Assembly (NCBI GenBank): GCA_041663045.1
Contig: JBAZRH010000001.1
Span: 148,403 to 212,402, forward strand
Reading direction: 5' to 3'
DNA length: 64,000 bases
DNA from: Minisyncoccota bacterium
Lineage (GTDB): Bacteria > Patescibacteriota > Minisyncoccia > Phycocordibacterales > GWA1-40-21
In this document: piece after piece, positions 1 to 10,047 of the stretch
Layout: the number at the start of each line of letters is the position of its first letter
How positions within the stretch are numbered: position 1 is the stretch's first letter
Notes under the pieces: generated by a model
The model's database searches: none
Told to the model about the DNA's origin: nothing
Seen by the model: only the letters and a program-made list of their open reading frames with translations
Translations under genes and position numbers: made by a program

Positions 1-18
1 GTGCTTTGTCTCTGTCAT
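1..18 (-). CDS. rpsI: Probable 5' end of 30S ribosomal protein S9 (runs off window)
   Basis: ATG at 18 (MTETKH...) 1 bp after the rplM stop; rplM-rpsI synteny only. Confidence 0.45.
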
Positions 19-19
19 A

Positions 20-370
20 TTATTCCGTAATTATTAAATTCTTTATAATTTTTGACTTAAGTTTATTGTGTGGAATCATGCCGGAAATGGCTAGCTTCAA
101 AATACCAGCTTTTCCGTGCTTTTCTATAATCTGTGACATGCTTTTCTCATGAAGACCCCCTGGATATCCAGAGTATCTTGTATAAACAGTGTTGAGTTTA
201 TTTTCGGCTATATCAAGCTTGTCGGCGTTTGTTATTTTAACTTCAACATTGAAGACCACGTTTCTGGCATAAGTGGTTGAGTTTTTACCTATAAGTAAGA
301 CAACTGCTTTACTAGCAATTCTTCCTAGCTTACCCCCCGCTGCATCTATTGTGTAAATTTTCTTTTCCAT
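20..370 (-). CDS. rplM: 50S ribosomal protein L13 (short form)
   Basis: IDAAGGKLGRIAS, YTRYSGYPGG and GMIPHNKL motifs. Confidence 0.95.
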   Translation of the reverse strand: MEKKIYTIDAAGGKLGRIASKAVVLLIGKNSTTYARNVVFNVEVKITNADKLDIAENKLNTVYTRYSGYPGGLHEKSMSQIIEKHGKAGILKLAISGMIPHNKLKSKIIKNLIITE

Positions 371-378
371 ATAATTTT

Positions 379-726
379 CTATATAAATTCTATTACCGCC
401 ATTTCTGCGCCGTCCGCGAGTCTTCTTTCAAGCTTTGTAACTCTTGTGTATCCGCCGGTTCTCTCTTTGTATTTTGGTGCTATTTCTTTTATCATCTTTT
501 TAGCAGAAGAAACACCGATCCTTGAAGCTACAAGCCTCATCGCTGCGAGAGTACCAGGTCTTGCTTTTGTAACAAGCTTTTCAATAAATGTTCTTAAAAC
601 CTTGGCTTTTGTTGTTGTCGTCGTGATCTTACCATCTCTCACAAGAGATACAGCAAGAGTCTTCACGAGCGCGTTCCTCTGATTTCTCTTTCTGCCTAGT
701 TGTTTGTTTTTGTTGCTGTGTATCAT
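379..726 (-). CDS. rplQ: 50S ribosomal protein L17
   Basis: LGRKRNQRNAL, ITTTTTKAK, RTGGYTRV and DGAEMAVIE motifs; follows rpoA. Confidence 0.97.
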   Translation of the reverse strand: MIHSNKNKQLGRKRNQRNALVKTLAVSLVRDGKITTTTTKAKVLRTFIEKLVTKARPGTLAAMRLVASRIGVSSAKKMIKEIAPKYKERTGGYTRVTKLERRLADGAEMAVIEFI

Positions 727-736
727 GATTGATTTT

Positions 737-1693
737 CTACTTTAATATAACCCCAAAATTCCCCAAAACCTTCTTGATTTCTTGGATACCCTTTGCCCCA
801 AGACCCTCTACATCATCAAGATCCTTTTCTTTCTTTCTGGCAAGACCACCGACGGTTCTGATGTTTGCTCCTGTAAGTGCATTGATTGTTCTTACCGAAA
901 GGTCCAATGTCTCTATTCTAGTTTTTAAGAATTCTGAGTCGACTTCTTTTTCGTCTGTGCTTTCTTCTTTCTTTGTTTCTTCTTTTTCTTCTACTGGTTC
1001 TTCAAAACCCACTATGGCTTTGAGTTGTTCTATCATTATGAAGATCGATTTCTCTAAAGTTTCATTTGGCGATATTGAGCCATCTGTTTCCAAAGAAATT
1101 TTAAGTTTATTGAAGTCTGTTCTGTCGCCGACACGCATATTCTCAACCTCATAGTTGACTCTCTTTACTGGGGTAAAGATTGCATCCAAAGCAATCATGC
1201 CGATATCCACTCTTTCCTTCTGGTGTTCTTCTTTTTGTATAAATCCTAGACCCTTCTGAATTCTCATCTCTATATCAAGGGTTGTAGCTTTATCTGTGAT
1301 AGAAGCGATGTGTTGCTCCGGGTTTAGTACCTCTACTTGACCAGGGACTTTTATATCGCCGGCAGTAACATCTTTAATGCCTTTTACTTTAAGCTCGATT
1401 GTTTGAGGTTCATCTGTGAGCATCTTTATTCTAACCTTCTTTAGGTTTAAAATAATATTTATAACATCTTCTTTGATACCGCTTATCGTTGAAAATTCAT
1501 GCTGAACACCGTCTATCTTTATAGATGTTATAGCAACACCAGGGATAGAAGAAAGAATAATCCTTCTCAAAGAATTTCCTAGTGTGTGGCCATATCCTGG
1601 ATAAAGACCGTCTATCTCATAAACACCAGAAAAACCTTCTTCCTTGATTATCTTTGGTTTTGATGGCAATAGTATTTTGTATTGATCAGGCAT
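737..1693 (-). CDS. rpoA: RNA polymerase alpha subunit
   Basis: GYGHTLGNSLRRIILSS, HEFSTISGIKEDV, alpha-CTD LSVRTINAL. Confidence 0.98.
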   Translation of the reverse strand: MPDQYKILLPSKPKIIKEEGFSGVYEIDGLYPGYGHTLGNSLRRIILSSIPGVAITSIKIDGVQHEFSTISGIKEDVINIILNLKKVRIKMLTDEPQTIELKVKGIKDVTAGDIKVPGQVEVLNPEQHIASITDKATTLDIEMRIQKGLGFIQKEEHQKERVDIGMIALDAIFTPVKRVNYEVENMRVGDRTDFNKLKISLETDGSISPNETLEKSIFIMIEQLKAIVGFEEPVEEKEETKKEESTDEKEVDSEFLKTRIETLDLSVRTINALTGANIRTVGGLARKKEKDLDDVEGLGAKGIQEIKKVLGNFGVILK

Positions 1694-1737
1694 ATTTTTA
1701 TTTAAATTAATAATTTATAAAAAGTTTTTTAATTATT

Positions 1738-2343
1738 TTATCTGCTGTAATATTGAAATATGGCCGAAATATCAAACGAGAATTCTGCTGGATTTATCTT
1801 TGGAGCACCTTGAACTTTTGCTTCTTTTTTAATTACATCAAGAGCAAGCCACGAAGGAACCCTTGCTTCTTTTAATTTTTCATTTAAATCCTTAAAGATT
1901 GGTTTTGCTTTGCTAGATTCTCTGATTGTTATTACATCACCTATCTTTACTTGGAAAGAAGGAATAGAATGTCTCTTGCCGTTTACATCTATATGACCAT
2001 GGTTAACCATTTGTCTTGAAGCTTGTCTTGTTTTTGCAAATCCAAGTCTATAGACTACATTGTCCAATCTTTTCTCAAGGCTTTGTACTAGAGCTTCATT
2101 TATATTTGTTGCTTTTTGACTTCCCGCGTTTTTAACATAGTTTTTGAACTGCCTTTCGCCGATGCCATATGTAAATCTAGCTTTTTGCTTTTCAATAAGT
2201 TGCATACCAAAATCCGACTTTGCTCTTCCTTTTGGAGCGAAATCTTTCTTTTGGTTTCTTAGGGCGAATTTCTGGGATTGTGTCTTCTCAAAAATACTTG
2301 GCCCTAATCTTCTTGCTATTTTATATCTTGGTCCTGTTATCAT
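1738..2343 (-). CDS. rpsD: 30S ribosomal protein S4
   Basis: EKQKARFTYG, LEKRLDNVVYRLG, RQMVNHGH. Confidence 0.98.
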   Translation of the reverse strand: MITGPRYKIARRLGPSIFEKTQSQKFALRNQKKDFAPKGRAKSDFGMQLIEKQKARFTYGIGERQFKNYVKNAGSQKATNINEALVQSLEKRLDNVVYRLGFAKTRQASRQMVNHGHIDVNGKRHSIPSFQVKIGDVITIRESSKAKPIFKDLNEKLKEARVPSWLALDVIKKEAKVQGAPKINPAEFSFDISAIFQYYSR

Positions 2344-2355
2344 AATTTTTTAATT

Positions 2356-2787
2356 TTAAACTCTTCTTGGTTTCTTTGGCTTTGGTCCATTGTGTGGTAC
2401 CGGTGTTTCGTCTTTGATATTTGTAATATTGAAACCTTTTGAAATAAAGCCTCTTATAGCGGATTCTCTTCCTGAACCAACTCCTTTTACGATCACATCT
2501 ATTTCTTTGAGTCCAAGATCGGCTGCTTTTTCACCCAACACTTCTCCGACTTTGGCAGCCGCAAATGGGGTACCCTTCTTTGCACCCTTGAATCCAAGAG
2601 CTCCTGCGGAAGATGCCATAAGGGCATTGCCTTTTTTATCAGTCAAAAGAACCATCGTATTATTATACGTAGATTGTATATGCAAAGTACCAGACTCAAC
2701 TCTTTTCTTTGAGCTTGCCTTTTGCTGTGTTTGCACTTTCTTATCACCAGCTTTTTCGTCTGTTTTTACAATTCTTTTCTTACCCAT
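2356..2787 (-). CDS. rpsK: 30S ribosomal protein S11
   Basis: STYNNT, GFKGAKKGTPFAA, PVPHNG. Confidence 0.98.
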   Translation of the reverse strand: MGKKRIVKTDEKAGDKKVQTQQKASSKKRVESGTLHIQSTYNNTMVLLTDKKGNALMASSAGALGFKGAKKGTPFAAAKVGEVLGEKAADLGLKEIDVIVKGVGSGRESAIRGFISKGFNITNIKDETPVPHNGPKPKKPRRV

Positions 2788-2807
2788 TGTTCGTTTTGAT
2801 TATTTAA

Positions 2808-3188
2808 TTATTTTTTATCAGCCGCTTTTCTTCCAGTTCCCATAGTCTTTCTTGTATTACCTCTAAGTGTTCTTGAATTGGTTTTTGTCCTTTGACCTCT
2901 TGCTGGGAGCTTTCTTGCGTGTCTTCCACCTCGGTAGCTTTTGATATCTTTGAGTCTCTTTATGTTTGCGCCGACTTCTCTCTTCAAGTCACCTTCAATT
3001 TTTAGCTTTTCAATAGATTTCTTTATCTTAGCTTCTTCATCTACTGTGATCTCTGCTGGTTTTTTTTCTGGATCAACGCCGGCTTCTTTCAAGATTATTT
3101 TGGCACGTGGTTGAGCGATGCCGTAAAGCACCGTTAGGCCTATTTTTAATCTTTTATTGTCTGGTATTGTTATTCCTACTATACGCAT
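2808..3188 (-). CDS. rpsM: 30S ribosomal protein S13
   Basis: MRIVGITIP, SYRGGRH, RGQRTKTNSRT. Confidence 0.98.
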   Translation of the reverse strand: MRIVGITIPDNKRLKIGLTVLYGIAQPRAKIILKEAGVDPEKKPAEITVDEEAKIKKSIEKLKIEGDLKREVGANIKRLKDIKSYRGGRHARKLPARGQRTKTNSRTLRGNTRKTMGTGRKAADKK

Positions 3189-3238
3189 ATAAAAATTTAT
3201 AGAAGTGCTAGAATAGCATTTCTTGATGAAAAAATCAA

Positions 3239-3355
3239 CTACCCTTGTCTTTGCTTGTGTCGAGGGTTCGATGTACAGGTTACATAAACTCGACCCTTTC
3301 TTCTAACGGTCTTACATTTTGCACAAATCTTTTTTACTGATGCTTTTACTCTCAT
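3239..3355 (-). CDS. rpmJ: 50S ribosomal protein L36 (zinc-binding form; absent from the ORF track)
   Basis: Manual translation [38 protein letters not shown], between infA and rpsM. Confidence 0.97.
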   Translation of the reverse strand: MRVKASVKKICAKCKTVRRKGRVYVTCTSNPRHKQRQG

Positions 3356-3367
3356 TTTTTATTTTGA

Positions 3368-3586
3368 TTAAAATCTCCTTGTTATTCTTCCCTTTCCGCC
3401 ATATTCGTCGAGTACTACCTCAACTTTATCGCCTATAAGTATTCTGATTCTGTGCATTCTCATCTTGCCGGCTAAATAAGCAAGAACCTCTCCTTTTTCT
3501 CCTTCCAAATTTACTTTAAAAAGAGTGTTCGGAAAGGCCTCTATAACCGTACCTATGGCAGAGGGCTTAATTTTTTGATTCTGCAT
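3368..3586 (-). CDS. infA: Translation initiation factor IF-1
   Basis: [33 protein letters not shown]. Confidence 0.97.
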   Translation of the reverse strand: MQNQKIKPSAIGTVIEAFPNTLFKVNLEGEKGEVLAYLAGKMRMHRIRILIGDKVEVVLDEYGGKGRITRRF

Positions 3587-3646
3587 TTTTAATAAACAAC
3601 GCTTCGTATGATATCAGAAAACAGTTAAGAGTCAAGCCATTAAATG

Positions 3647-5017
3647 TTAATTACTCGTTGTTATATTTCTGATTGAGTCAAATATCTTTATTTTACTGGC
3701 TTTTTCTGGAAAAGTCTGTTTGAACTGTGGTCTTATAGAAGCTTTAATACTTTCAATCGAGTCTTTGAATGTATTATTTACTAATTCATTTATTACATTT
3801 TTATTTTGGCCGATAATCATATCTAGAATAGCTGTTGAGTCGTAATTCCACACAATTTCTATCTTCCCTGTAAATTTAAATTTGAGTGATTCTTCCGTCC
3901 ATGGGCTTGCAGTATTCGATATTATAATTGATGAAATATTTTCTGGAGAAAGGATGCTAACATCTTTATCGTTGAAATCTTTAATTTTATTTTTTGCGAA
4001 TATTTTTGCGAGCTCCGTCTTATCAAACATAATTGCATTTATTGTACCTGTTTCTGTTATTATATATTTTGCACCACTTTCCTGACTATTATTACCTTCT
4101 GTATAATTTATAAAATAATTATCTTTCAAAATTAAGAATTGCTCAGGTTTCTGTATATACAAGTCTTTTAAAAGCCCTGTCTTCAGTGAATCTTTTAACT
4201 CATTCCTTCCTGCCATTAGTCTTTCCTCAGAGACTTTTTTCACCTTTCCTATAAAACCACCAGTTATATCAGTGCTAAGTCTTCCATAAAAAGCGGTATA
4301 TTTTGGACTACCTTTAAATCCTGGAATCTTGAAATCGCCCTTAAGGTCTGAAATCTTCATATTGTATTTGTCTCCTGCTACATCAGCGATGATCTCTACC
4401 TCGATACTCCCAGGGACTTTTGTTCCACTTACGATTTTATATCCAGGCACATCTACAGATTCTCTTATCTTGTATATAAGCCCGTTTGTAGTTTCAAGCC
4501 GAGTATTGTTTATTAACCTTTGAACAGTCTGGCTATAGTTATTGTATATAATTGCCTTACCCACAGCCTTTCTTTCTACATCTTCCTCCCCATCCGTATC
4601 GAGCGTCTTAGATTCTGATTTATTTATTGACATAACCTGAAAATGTAAGCCACTAGTGTTTTGTTTTGATGTTGCTTGATAAGTATCGTCTATGGTTATG
4701 GTTTTATTTTTTGGAGTGACAGTGATACTTGCTGTAGAAAAGAATGATGATGCAAGAAAAATAAGTGCCGCTAGAGAGACGGCTGATATTATCCACAAAA
4801 ATATTTGAGAGTTTTTTGAGATCTTTTCTGGTTCCTCGTTGCTTGTATCTATCTCATTCTTTATTATTGGAGGTAACTTTCTTATGGGAATCTTTGTTTG
4901 TTCCTTTTTCTCTGGAATCGGTCTCTCTTCCTTTGTCTTTGCCATAGATGAAAAACGCACACTTCTTGTCCTTATCTTTTTGTCGACTATTATGTCCTGT
5001 ATCAATTTTTTAGGCAT
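3647..5017 (-). CDS. Single-pass membrane protein with large extracytoplasmic domain (baseplate-J-like hypothetical)
   Basis: 456 aa ORF, one TM segment near aa 72-93, IIYNNY..QRLINNTRL and FKIPGFKG motifs; overlaps the upstream gene stop. Confidence 0.6.
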   Translation of the reverse strand: MPKKLIQDIIVDKKIRTRSVRFSSMAKTKEERPIPEKKEQTKIPIRKLPPIIKNEIDTSNEEPEKISKNSQIFLWIISAVSLAALIFLASSFFSTASITVTPKNKTITIDDTYQATSKQNTSGLHFQVMSINKSESKTLDTDGEEDVERKAVGKAIIYNNYSQTVQRLINNTRLETTNGLIYKIRESVDVPGYKIVSGTKVPGSIEVEIIADVAGDKYNMKISDLKGDFKIPGFKGSPKYTAFYGRLSTDITGGFIGKVKKVSEERLMAGRNELKDSLKTGLLKDLYIQKPEQFLILKDNYFINYTEGNNSQESGAKYIITETGTINAIMFDKTELAKIFAKNKIKDFNDKDVSILSPENISSIIISNTASPWTEESLKFKFTGKIEIVWNYDSTAILDMIIGQNKNVINELVNNTFKDSIESIKASIRPQFKQTFPEKASKIKIFDSIRNITTSN

Positions 5018-6218
5018 ATAAAGGTTTTTGTTTATCCAATTTATCTAACAGAATGATATCCATCTTTATAAATGGTTGTTTCTTGAATATCTTTCCATTT
5101 ATAATGAAATTATTAAATGTCCCCTCAGAGATTTGTGTAATGCTTGGCTTTTTACCGTATATCCTCACGGGATGGTTGTAGTTTTCTTGCTTGATTCTAC
5201 CAACGAAAAGATTTAATAGATCGCTATTAGTTATGATGAAAATCTCAAATGGTACGTCTTTTTCAAGGCAAATCTTTGGTATTGATTCGTTGAATTTTTC
5301 CACCCACATACTCAGACCATCATCTATAATATTATTGACTTTTCTCTCGGATTCTTCGTCGCACTTACCATGAGATTTAATATTTATAAGTGATTGAATT
5401 ATTTCCTTTGTCAGACCCTCTTTCTTTGAGACAGATTCTATTATGGCGTCCTCTCCAAATGGAAAAGATGAAATACCATGTATTATGTCTTCTCTTACGA
5501 CGTAGATATCGGTAATCTTTTTACCAATATCTATATAAATAAAATTGTTTCTATTGGGAAAGAGATCTCTCATAAAAGTAAATGAAGAAAGGGTCTGAGA
5601 GTGAGAATGCTGATCAGTTTTTTGGCCAAATTTTTCTTCTATATATGAATTCAGTTTGTTTATAATTTCTTTTGGAATGAATGATGTAAAAAGATGTATC
5701 TCAATATCTTTTGTCTTTCTGTCGTAAATCTTATCCACCTTATAACCATTAAGTTTGGCTTGAATTATCTTTTCTTCCAGTAGTTCCCAACTACCGGACC
5801 CTTGCGTCTCTTCTATATTTTTCTGCCAATTATTCTCTTGGCTTACCAGAATACGTTTGAGAAAAGCATCATCTATTGTGAATTCCTTATCTTTTGTATA
5901 TTTTATATCTTTACTTTGAGAAACAACCCATGGTGAGCCAATAAAGAAGAAAAATTGTCCGATTTCTTCTTTAATACCCATTTTCTGAATAATACTATGC
6001 ATCTCGGTAATCCCTTTATCTAAAGTCTTTAGGAGGGATGCTGTGTATTTTTTATATAAGATGAGTTCTGATTCATCAATCTTGAAATCTTGGCAATATA
6101 GTATCTCTGGTTTTTTATTTTTGTAGATTCTTGTGACAGCGGAGGTGAGGGTGAATTCTCTTATATCGAAGACAACAGTCAAAGAAGATTTCTTTTTAAA
6201 GAAAGAAAAAAGATTCAT
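5010..6218 (-). CDS. Actin-fold FtsA/PilM-like protein (divergent)
   Basis: VVFDI N-terminal motif, KLNGY, IYIDIGKKITDI and SFPFG motifs typical of the FtsA-like fold. Confidence 0.6.
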   Translation of the reverse strand: MNLFSFFKKKSSLTVVFDIREFTLTSAVTRIYKNKKPEILYCQDFKIDESELILYKKYTASLLKTLDKGITEMHSIIQKMGIKEEIGQFFFFIGSPWVVSQSKDIKYTKDKEFTIDDAFLKRILVSQENNWQKNIEETQGSGSWELLEEKIIQAKLNGYKVDKIYDRKTKDIEIHLFTSFIPKEIINKLNSYIEEKFGQKTDQHSHSQTLSSFTFMRDLFPNRNNFIYIDIGKKITDIYVVREDIIHGISSFPFGEDAIIESVSKKEGLTKEIIQSLINIKSHGKCDEESERKVNNIIDDGLSMWVEKFNESIPKICLEKDVPFEIFIITNSDLLNLFVGRIKQENYNHPVRIYGKKPSITQISEGTFNNFIINGKIFKKQPFIKMDIILLDKLDKQKPLYA

Positions 6219-6305
6219 GGGTTAATTATAACTCGCAAGAGGAGGAGATGCAATGTTTATAAGCGAACAAGATTCGCTCTCCCCACCCCACTTTCTTCAC
6301 TAAAA

Positions 6306-6427
6306 GCTCGCTCAGATATCCAATTTTGAGACCCGCATAATTTTCTGCTGAAAATTTGCTTAAGACTCGCACCGCCGTGCTCCGTAACTCTCAAAATTGA
6401 ATATCCTCGCTCGCTTACTTGCAGAAT
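6306..6427. repeat. Palindromic REP/MITE-like element, copy A
   Basis: 17-bp inverted repeat 6315-6331/6389-6405 (1 mismatch), inner hairpin with TGCT loop, CTCGCTC flanks; same architecture as 49845-49966. Confidence 0.7.
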
Positions 6428-6431
6428 GATT

Positions 6432-8318
6432 TTAGCTTTCCAAAACCGCTTTTATTCTTCTGACACCTGCACTCGAAGCTTCTTCCTTCACGATTTTGAA
6501 ATGGCCGAGCTCGCCGGTATTTTTGACATGAGGGCCACCGCAGAATTCAGTGCTGAAATCCCCTACTTTATAGACTTTTACAATATCTCCGTATTTTGAA
6601 AGATCGAAAGAAAGCGTGGTGACGATTTTCTTTGCTTCTTCTTTAGGTAATTCTTTCATTTCGACAGGGATTTTTTCGGCAATTTTTTGATTTACTAGAT
6701 TTTCAACTTCTTTCAATTTATCTGTCGGCACTTTTTCCGGCCAATTAAAGTCGAAACGCATCCTCTCGGCGGTGATATTACTTCCTTTTTGCGCGATTTC
6801 GCCTTTCAGCACATGTCTCAATGATGCCAAAAGTAAATGTGTCGCTGTATGATATTTCGTTTCCATTTCTCCTGTGCCAGCAAGCCCGCCTTTGAATTTC
6901 TGTTCGGAACCAGCTTTTGAGATTTCTTGGTGTTTTTTCATCTCTTCATTAAACTGAAATTCGATTTCTTTAAACTCCCAATCTGGAATTATTCTTCCTT
7001 TATTCCTTAATTCTTCAATTGCTAACTCAAATGGGAAACCATTATTCTGGTATAAATCAAAAAAGAATTCACCAGTTAGATTGCACGGCGTAAAACCATC
7101 ACTTACATCAACAGCAGTTAAAGCCTTTCCTGGTATGTAATTTTGCACTGTGATTTCTGTATTTAAAATCTTTAAGCCTTTTTGAAGAGTCTTCCTAAAT
7201 TTCTCATCCTCTTTTTTAATCACATCCAAAATCTCCCCTTCCTTTTCTTTAAGATAAGGATAAGCGTAATTCAATTTATCAATCACTATTTTTGCTAGAT
7301 TCAGAATCTCCTCTTTTGGAATACCTAGTTGATCTATAAATCTTATAGCTCTTCGCATTATTCTTCTCAAAACATATCCTGCCTCGGTATTTGACGGGTT
7401 TACTCCGTCGGCGATTATCATAACAGCCGAACGAATATGGTCTGCGACTATTCTCTCCGCTCTTTCGTCTTTTTTCTGCGCTTTATTTCTTATTTCAGTA
7501 AGGATTTCTTCAAAGATGTCAGTATCAAAAACTGTAGTCTTTCCTTGCATTACAACAGTAGTCCTTTCGAGTCCCATTCCGGTGTCTACATTTGGTTTTG
7601 CGAGTTTTTCGTATTTTCCATCGGCGGCTTTATTGAATTCCATGAAAACATTGTTCCAGATTTCAATGATTCGGCCGGATTTTACTAGGTCGGCAAACTT
7701 GCCGTTTATAGCGCCTTCTTCTGGGCGAGTATCATAAAACATTTCCGTGTCTCCACCGCAAGGGCCGACAGATCCTGCAATCCAAAAATTATCTTCTTTT
7801 CCGAGAGGAATTATCTTTATGTCCCCTTTTATAATTTCATCTGTACCTGCGACTTCGGCTTTGATATTGAATTTTGAGAAATTTTCTTTCCATATTGAAA
7901 TAGAGTCTTCATCGCGCGGTATGCCATCTTCACCTTTGAAAACCGTTACATAAAGCCTTTTCGGATCAAGTCCAAGGCCTTCTTCTCTACTCGTGAGAAA
8001 CTCAAGGCTCCAAGCAATAGATTCTTTTTTAAAATAATCTCCGAGCGACCAATTTCCCATCATTTCAAAAAAAGTAAGATGGCGATTGTCTCCTACCTCG
8101 TCTATATCACCTGTGCGAACGCATTTTTGGACATTTACTAGGCGGTTGCCAGCAGGGTGTTTCTGGCCAAGCAAATACGGCACGAGAGGTTGCATACCTG
8201 CTGTTGTGAATAGTGAAGAAGGGTCATTTTCAGGGATAAGAGATGCTGAAGGGATTATTTTATGTCCCCTTTTTTCAAAAAATTTTAAATATCTTTGTCG
8301 GATATCTGCGGATTTCAT
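6432..8318 (-). CDS. alaS: Alanine--tRNA ligase (short form lacking C-Ala domain)
   Basis: LFTTAGMQP, HLTFFEMMGNWS, DTGMGLER; editing motifs HTATH and FCGGPHV. Confidence 0.97.
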   Translation of the reverse strand: MKSADIRQRYLKFFEKRGHKIIPSASLIPENDPSSLFTTAGMQPLVPYLLGQKHPAGNRLVNVQKCVRTGDIDEVGDNRHLTFFEMMGNWSLGDYFKKESIAWSLEFLTSREEGLGLDPKRLYVTVFKGEDGIPRDEDSISIWKENFSKFNIKAEVAGTDEIIKGDIKIIPLGKEDNFWIAGSVGPCGGDTEMFYDTRPEEGAINGKFADLVKSGRIIEIWNNVFMEFNKAADGKYEKLAKPNVDTGMGLERTTVVMQGKTTVFDTDIFEEILTEIRNKAQKKDERAERIVADHIRSAVMIIADGVNPSNTEAGYVLRRIMRRAIRFIDQLGIPKEEILNLAKIVIDKLNYAYPYLKEKEGEILDVIKKEDEKFRKTLQKGLKILNTEITVQNYIPGKALTAVDVSDGFTPCNLTGEFFFDLYQNNGFPFELAIEELRNKGRIIPDWEFKEIEFQFNEEMKKHQEISKAGSEQKFKGGLAGTGEMETKYHTATHLLLASLRHVLKGEIAQKGSNITAERMRFDFNWPEKVPTDKLKEVENLVNQKIAEKIPVEMKELPKEEAKKIVTTLSFDLSKYGDIVKVYKVGDFSTEFCGGPHVKNTGELGHFKIVKEEASSAGVRRIKAVLES

Positions 8319-8346
8319 TGGTCAAATATAACACATTTAGCGGTTT

Positions 8347-9156
8347 TTAGAAGAGAGTACTTCCGGATTTTGTCACCTTTTTCTTCTTTTGCTCATTTGA
8401 AATATCCATAAGTATCTGACCGGCAACTTTTCTATAAGCACAGAATTCACATTTATCTCCCGCTTTCGGCGGAACATCGGCATCGAGGCATTTTTTCATT
8501 TCTATAATAACTTTTTCTATCCAATCGGTATTACCTTTGTAAGGGATAATTGTTACGTCGAATTCTAGCTTACCATCAAAAGCTTTTCTGTCTGTTTTGC
8601 CGTTTACATATACGAAATACCCGGTATCAGAGACTTTAAAATTATTTTGCTTGAAAAGCCACTGATATATTTCCATTTGGCGTTTATAACCGTCTTTCCA
8701 TTCGTCGTCTAAAGTAATCTCCTCATCTTTGCTTGTAGCTTTGTAATCTACTACAATCAACTCACCTGCTTTATTTATCCAAATATCATCTACACCTCCA
8801 CGTAAAATTAGATTTGTTGGCTTGTGAAGACAAGATATTCCCCTTCGCATAGCATCGCGCCACTCCTCCATACGAGGGTCATCGTATGGCACGGCATCTA
8901 TGCCATAAGTTTTCATCAGCGGATGCTGGGTTTTAGCAGATCGGTGAATATCAAACTCTTTTTTCATTAGAAGATCTACCGCATTATTTAGTGTAAATGG
9001 AAAAGAAGCTGGTCTGCCAACTCCATATCTCTGATCCATGTAAAAACACCTTGGGCACTGTACGAAGAGATCTATTTTAGAACGAGAAAGACGAAAAGGC
9101 TCCTTGTCGTTTGGATCATATAAACCTCTTGTCCTTTTCTTGTATTCAAAAGCCAT
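8347..9156 (-). CDS. PD-(D/E)XK nuclease family protein (Cas4/AddB-like)
   Basis: CPRC...GGVDD...VVDYKAT...QMEIY...CEFC. Confidence 0.85.
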   Translation of the reverse strand: MAFEYKKRTRGLYDPNDKEPFRLSRSKIDLFVQCPRCFYMDQRYGVGRPASFPFTLNNAVDLLMKKEFDIHRSAKTQHPLMKTYGIDAVPYDDPRMEEWRDAMRRGISCLHKPTNLILRGGVDDIWINKAGELIVVDYKATSKDEEITLDDEWKDGYKRQMEIYQWLFKQNNFKVSDTGYFVYVNGKTDRKAFDGKLEFDVTIIPYKGNTDWIEKVIIEMKKCLDADVPPKAGDKCEFCAYRKVAGQILMDISNEQKKKKVTKSGSTLF

Positions 9157-10014
9157 TTATTTTTTTGTCTGGATTCTACAGTGTTTACAAAGCTCCTCTA
9201 TTTCCAGATTAATATCTCTGATTTTTTTATCGTCAAAATTCAGATCTTTCAAAAGTTGTTCGTCGAGAAGAGACTTTGAAAGGATGATTCCTCGTGCTAA
9301 AAACATGTTTTTTTCAGCGGTATTGATCGTTGTAAGCGCGGTAAGCGGAATAAGTTCATGTCTTTCTATCATGTTATGTAGGTTATTATTATAAGGATAA
9401 TTCCAACCAACAAGCTTAAGCTGGGGTTGGCACTGGTCATATTGAATTGCCATGGAGCTGAATTTGGTATTTGTAACAATCCAGCCCTCTGTAAGCTCAC
9501 GTTCTTTTCCGCCGAACACATATTTCTGGCCGAAAATATCATCATATCTTGCTTTCACATAGAGAGCTATTTTTAAGTCTGATTTGAGACTAAAATCTGT
9601 GTGGAATTTGGCTTCAGTCATAATAAGCTCACCCTCCTTCCATGCCACAATATCTATCTCATGTTCAACACACTTTCCCTTAACAATCCTATTTGTTTCT
9701 GTCTCATATCCCTCGGCTTTGAATATCTCGGCAATGAATTTTTCAAACGGAAAACCTGTTGGGCCGAGTTGTGCCACGGCTTTTTTGAGAGAATATCGGA
9801 GTGCTGTCGGTCTATGTGTTTTTTTTAAAAAAGAATAGGCCTTTTTATAAATCTCGGCGGTCGTCATGCCGTCTTTTATTTCTGTGCCGATATCGGATAT
9901 TATTTTTCTTACAATTCCATCATCTGCTCCAGATTTTCTAAGAGAAGTTTCGAGTTTTTTATAATCAAAAAGCTCTTTTTCGCCATTTGATTTTACGATG
10001 TATATTTCGGGCAT
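9157..10014 (-). CDS. ATP-cone domain plus restriction-endonuclease-like (Mrr-type) protein
   Basis: N-terminal IVKSNGEKELFD ATP-cone; FEKFIA, HEIDIVA and EAKFH nuclease motifs. Confidence 0.8.
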   Translation of the reverse strand: MPEIYIVKSNGEKELFDYKKLETSLRKSGADDGIVRKIISDIGTEIKDGMTTAEIYKKAYSFLKKTHRPTALRYSLKKAVAQLGPTGFPFEKFIAEIFKAEGYETETNRIVKGKCVEHEIDIVAWKEGELIMTEAKFHTDFSLKSDLKIALYVKARYDDIFGQKYVFGGKERELTEGWIVTNTKFSSMAIQYDQCQPQLKLVGWNYPYNNNLHNMIERHELIPLTALTTINTAEKNMFLARGIILSKSLLDEQLLKDLNFDDKKIRDINLEIEELCKHCRIQTKK

Positions 10015-10047
10015 GACCTTATGATAACATAAAATAGCTTTAAGATA

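Noticed and set aside
3647-5017. Prophage baseplate gene
   Set aside because: There are no neighbouring phage genes; it is membrane-anchored and paired with an FtsA-like gene in housekeeping context.
8347-9156. Cas4 as part of a CRISPR-Cas locus
   Set aside because: No repeat-spacer array or other cas genes are visible; treated as a solo PD-(D/E)XK nuclease.
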